This document shows, piece after piece, positions 61,244-64,000 of a stretch of 64,000 nt of DNA; within the stretch, counting starts at the first letter, position 1; the number at the start of each line of letters is the position of its first letter. The position numbers were made by a program, and so were the translations under genes. Origin of the DNA: Rhizaria sp. SCN 62-66 (taxonomy: Eukaryota); NCBI GenBank assembly GCA_001724265.1, contig MEDY01000001.1:62001-126000 (forward strand), given 5' to 3'. The notes beneath the pieces were generated by a model that ran no database searches, was not told the DNA's origin, and saw only the letters and a list, made by a program, of their open reading frames with translations.

Positions 61244-64000
61244 TTACTGCTTCTTGCCGTCAGCATTCTTCCTGCTGCTACCCTGCTGCTGCTGCTGTTG
61301 AGACTTGGGTTGAGTCTGCTTAGACTGTTGATCCTGCTTGGGCTGCTGCTTCGATTGCTGGTCCTGCTGCTTGGGCTGTTGCTGCTTAGACTGCTGCTCC
61401 TGCTGCGCCGCAGGCTTGCTGTCCCCCTTCTGCTGCTGCTGAGGCTTAGAATCACCCTGCTTGCCGCCCTGAGACTGGTGTTGAGGCTTGGCAGACTGTT
61501 GTTGCTGTTGCTGCTGCTGCTGCTGCTGCTCAAACTTGCCGGGCTTGCCGCCCTTCTGCTGCTGAGACTGCTGCTGCTTGTCGCCCTTGCCGTGCGGCCT
61601 GTGCTTGCTGTCATCCTTGTCGTGCTTGATATCGTCCTTGTGGCCACCCTTGCCACCATGTCTCTCATCTCGATCCTTGCCGCTACCACCGTGGTAGCCG
61701 TCCCTGCCACCGCCGCCGTGATGCTGCTGCGCGTCCTTGCCCTGCTCCTTGCCCTGGGGCTTACTCCCGCGCGCCTCGCGGGCCTCGCGCGCGGCGTCCT
61801 TGCTCGCGCGCTCGGCCTCCGCAGCCTCCACGCGCGCCAGCAGCGGCTCGCCCAGCTTATGCACAACGACGCGGATCGCGTGCGGCGCCTCATCGTACTG
61901 GTAGTACGCGATCTGGAAGGTCACCACGGAGCCCAGCAGCGCGGGGCCGTCAATGCCGCCCGGGAGCGCGCGCAGGTTCACGGCCCCGTTGGCGCCCGCA
62001 AGCGCCGCCGTTGCAGCAGAGCCAGTGGCGGCGTGACTCAAGTGCGCGCGCAGAGCGCCGTCGCGGAGGTCGACTGTGCACACACGACCGTGTGCCGCGG
62101 CGCGGGTCATCGCGCGCGAGGCCTCGCTGGGCGCGACCTCGGGCGCGAACCGTAAAGCGGCGCGGCGCGCGTAGACCTGGTGCGAGTCGGCCGGGTAGCT
62201 GGTGAAGGTGTGGCGGAATACGCCCTCGCGGCGCGCGGCGTCGGGGTCGGAGCTGGCGGCGGTGAGGTGCGACTGCGTGATGAACACGTAGCCGTCGGCT
62301 TGGCGCGTAATGCGGCCCACGTGGCGCGCCGTCGACGGATGCGCGCACACGCCGGCGCCGGCGACCTCGATCGCGTCGCCCTGTAGAACCATGGTGCTCT
62401 CGGTACTACGCGCAGCGCCAGCGGCGCCCGTGGCGGCGAGCGCGGCGTTGCGCTCCTCGAGCGCGCGGGTGTCGCACGTCACGTCGACGGTCACCGCCGT
62501 CGCGAACGTCGCCACAGGCGTGCCGGGCGCGTTGGTGCGGCGGCGGATGACCTGGAAGACGACGTGGTCGCCGACGAGGAAGCCGACAAAGGGCTGGCCG
62601 AACGCGGGCGGCGTAGGCTCGGGTGGGGAGCCGGACACGCCGCGCAGCGCGCCGGTGACGAGCGGCGGGCGCGCCATCTGCGCAAACAGCACGCCAGCGG
62701 GGTACTTGTGGTGCAGCGGCATGCCGACATCAAGCACGCCGAAGCGCAGCGGCGCGTCCGCGCCGCGGAGGTTCTCCTCGGGCAAGCGCGCGACGGCGCC
62801 GTAGGCGAAGATGACATGCTGGTCGACCTCGGCGGCGGCTTCGCGGACCGACGCGGCGGGGTTCGGCGGCACACCGGCGGCCGCGGCGGCCTCGGCGGCG
62901 GCCGAGAGATACAGCTTAAACGCTGTGGAGAGGTAAATGGACTCCTCGATCTGCTTGTCGACAAACGCGAGCACGTTGCCGGCATCGCCGAACGCGCGGC
63001 CGGCGGCGTTGGCGGCGGCCGCGGCGGCGTCCGCGCCCGCCCAGGGCTCGCCCGCAGCCGTGGCGGCGTCGATGCCGTCGGCGATCGTGGCGAGAACTTC
63101 GCGCACCTTGCTGCCGCGGACCAGAGTGACCTCGGAGACCACGCCCTTGTACCATGTGCCGCTGGGGTCGACGGAGCCAGTGCCGAACGGGGAGCCGTTG
63201 GTGACCGTGGGCTGGACGAGAGACCGCTCGCGCGCCTCTCGGGCCTCGCGCTCCTGCTCGATCCGCTCCAGACGCTCCTGTTCGCGGGCTTCGCGGCGCT
63301 CCTGGTCGCGGGCCTCACGGCGCTCGCGCTCGGTCGGACGACGCTGCTGTTGCTGCTCGGAAGCGCGATCACTGTGACTGTCGCCGCCGCGGTGGCCGGA
63401 GTCACGGTCACGGTGACCGTCACGGTCACGGGTACTGTTGTTGTTATTGTTGTTCCTATGGGTGTCGCGGCTGCTGTCGCGGGCGGCGTGCGGCATCAGC
63501 ACGTCACGCCACGACATCGCGCCGGCCTGCACGGTTGCAGCCGTCGCCGGCGGCGGCAGAGGGGGACGGGACGGCGTCGCCGCGGCGGTCGCCGCAGACT
63601 GCGGCTGCTGCTGCTTGTTGTCGTTGTGCGCGTTGTTATTACTCCCGCCGCTGCTGCGGTCGTCGGTGAAGCTGTTGTAGTCGCGCTCGCGGCCGCGCTG
63701 GCCGTCGCGCTGGCCGTGGCTGTCGCGGCGGCCGTGATCACGGTCGCGTTCGCGGTCGCCGTCGCGGCCGCGGGCGCCGTGGCCGTCACGCCGGTTGTCG
63801 TGGTCCTCGTGCGCAGGAGCAGGAGCAGCGGCAGCGGCAGTGCGGTTGGTCTTGCGCCACGCCTCGACCGGAGGCGCGAAGCTCGAGCCGGGCGTCAAAC
63901 GCGCATTCGCGGGCACAGAAGACGACGCGGTGTTGTGATCACGCTGAGGAGCCGTGTTGTGGACGTGCGAACCGCTAGCGCGCGCGGCGTTGCGGGCGTC
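61244..64000 (-). CDS. 5'-partial protein with an R/D/E-rich region, two degenerate cold-shock (OB-fold)-like domains and a Q/K-rich tail
   Basis: Frame is open from the window end (64000) to TAA at 61244. Segments YKGVVSEV..FGVLDV..VLF..FLVGDHVVFQV..ATAVTV and HVGRITRQADGYVFI..QVY..LGSVVTFQI..AIRVVV follow the CSD strand pattern. The gene is well supported; the domain call is tentative. Confidence 0.65.
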   Translation of the reverse strand, partial: DARNAARASGSHVHNTAPQRDHNTASSSVPANARLTPGSSFAPPVEAWRKTNRTAAAAAPAPAHEDHDNRRDGHGARGRDGDRERDRDHGRRDSHGQRDGQRGRERDYNSFTDDRSSGGSNNNAHNDNKQQQPQSAATAAATPSRPPLPPPATAATVQAGAMSWRDVLMPHAARDSSRDTHRNNNNNNSTRDRDGHRDRDSGHRGGDSHSDRASEQQQQRRPTERERREARDQERREAREQERLERIEQEREAREARERSLVQPTVTNGSPFGTGSVDPSGTWYKGVVSEVTLVRGSKVREVLATIADGIDAATAAGEPWAGADAAAAAANAAGRAFGDAGNVLAFVDKQIEESIYLSTAFKLYLSAAAEAAAAAGVPPNPAASVREAAAEVDQHVIFAYGAVARLPEENLRGADAPLRFGVLDVGMPLHHKYPAGVLFAQMARPPLVTGALRGVSGSPPEPTPPAFGQPFVGFLVGDHVVFQVIRRRTNAPGTPVATFATAVTVDVTCDTRALEERNAALAATGAAGAARSTESTMVLQGDAIEVAGAGVCAHPSTARHVGRITRQADGYVFITQSHLTAASSDPDAARREGVFRHTFTSYPADSHQVYARRAALRFAPEVAPSEASRAMTRAAAHGRVCTVDLRDGALRAHLSHAATGSAATAALAGANGAVNLRALPGGIDGPALLGSVVTFQIAYYQYDEAPHAIRVVVHKLGEPLLARVEAAEAERASKDAAREAREARGSKPQGKEQGKDAQQHHGGGGRDGYHGGSGKDRDERHGGKGGHKDDIKHDKDDSKHRPHGKGDKQQQSQQQKGGKPGKFEQQQQQQQQQQQSAKPQHQSQGGKQGDSKPQQQQKGDSKPAAQQEQQSKQQQPKQQDQQSKQQPKQDQQSKQTQPKSQQQQQQGSSRKNADGKKQ

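Noticed and set aside
61238-61250. GTAAGT donor-like sequence overlapping the stop (similar GTAAGC at the GMDS and ferlin stops)
   Set aside because: No downstream coding-like exon before the neighbouring gene; a G-TAA-G context produces this automatically.
61238-62155. Leu-rich 305-aa plus-strand ORF that looks like a membrane protein
   Set aside because: It is the reverse complement of the CAG/AAG-rich Q/K tail of the minus-strand gene.
1-64000. CRISPR arrays, rRNA, tRNA, transposase/RT/integrase or viral genes
   Set aside because: No spaced direct-repeat arrays, recognisable structural RNA genes or mobile-element motifs seen by eye.

Overview
Gene-dense eukaryotic (protist-like) nuclear DNA. 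Coding regions are very GC-rich and separated by short (about 0.3-1.6 kb) AT-rich spacers, and introns are rare: only two are evident, both starting GTACGT. Twelve protein genes are supported, in order: a secreted saposin + purple acid phosphatase (partial, absent from the ORF track), a coiled-coil protein, a PMCA-type Ca2+ ATPase, TMEM70, Derlin, a 2952-aa Ala-rich protein with degenerate PPR-like motifs, GDP-mannose 4,6-dehydratase, a DUF4460/TCAIM-like protein, a single-ORF 7838-aa Raptor/KOG1, a NUDCD2-like protein, a ferlin, and a partial cold-shock-domain-like protein. The most notable observations are: (1) extreme Ala/Ser-rich inflation of conserved proteins, with Raptor about 5-6x its usual size; (2) an in-frame TAG in the apparent 5' coding part of the NudC-family gene, while none of 11 gene ends use TAG; (3) a highly structured candidate ncRNA at about 1445-1710; (4) a Derlin tail with VIM- and VBM-like p97 motifs; (5) a stop-free 3n intron in GMDS. 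All family assignments come from motif recognition by eye; no database search was run.
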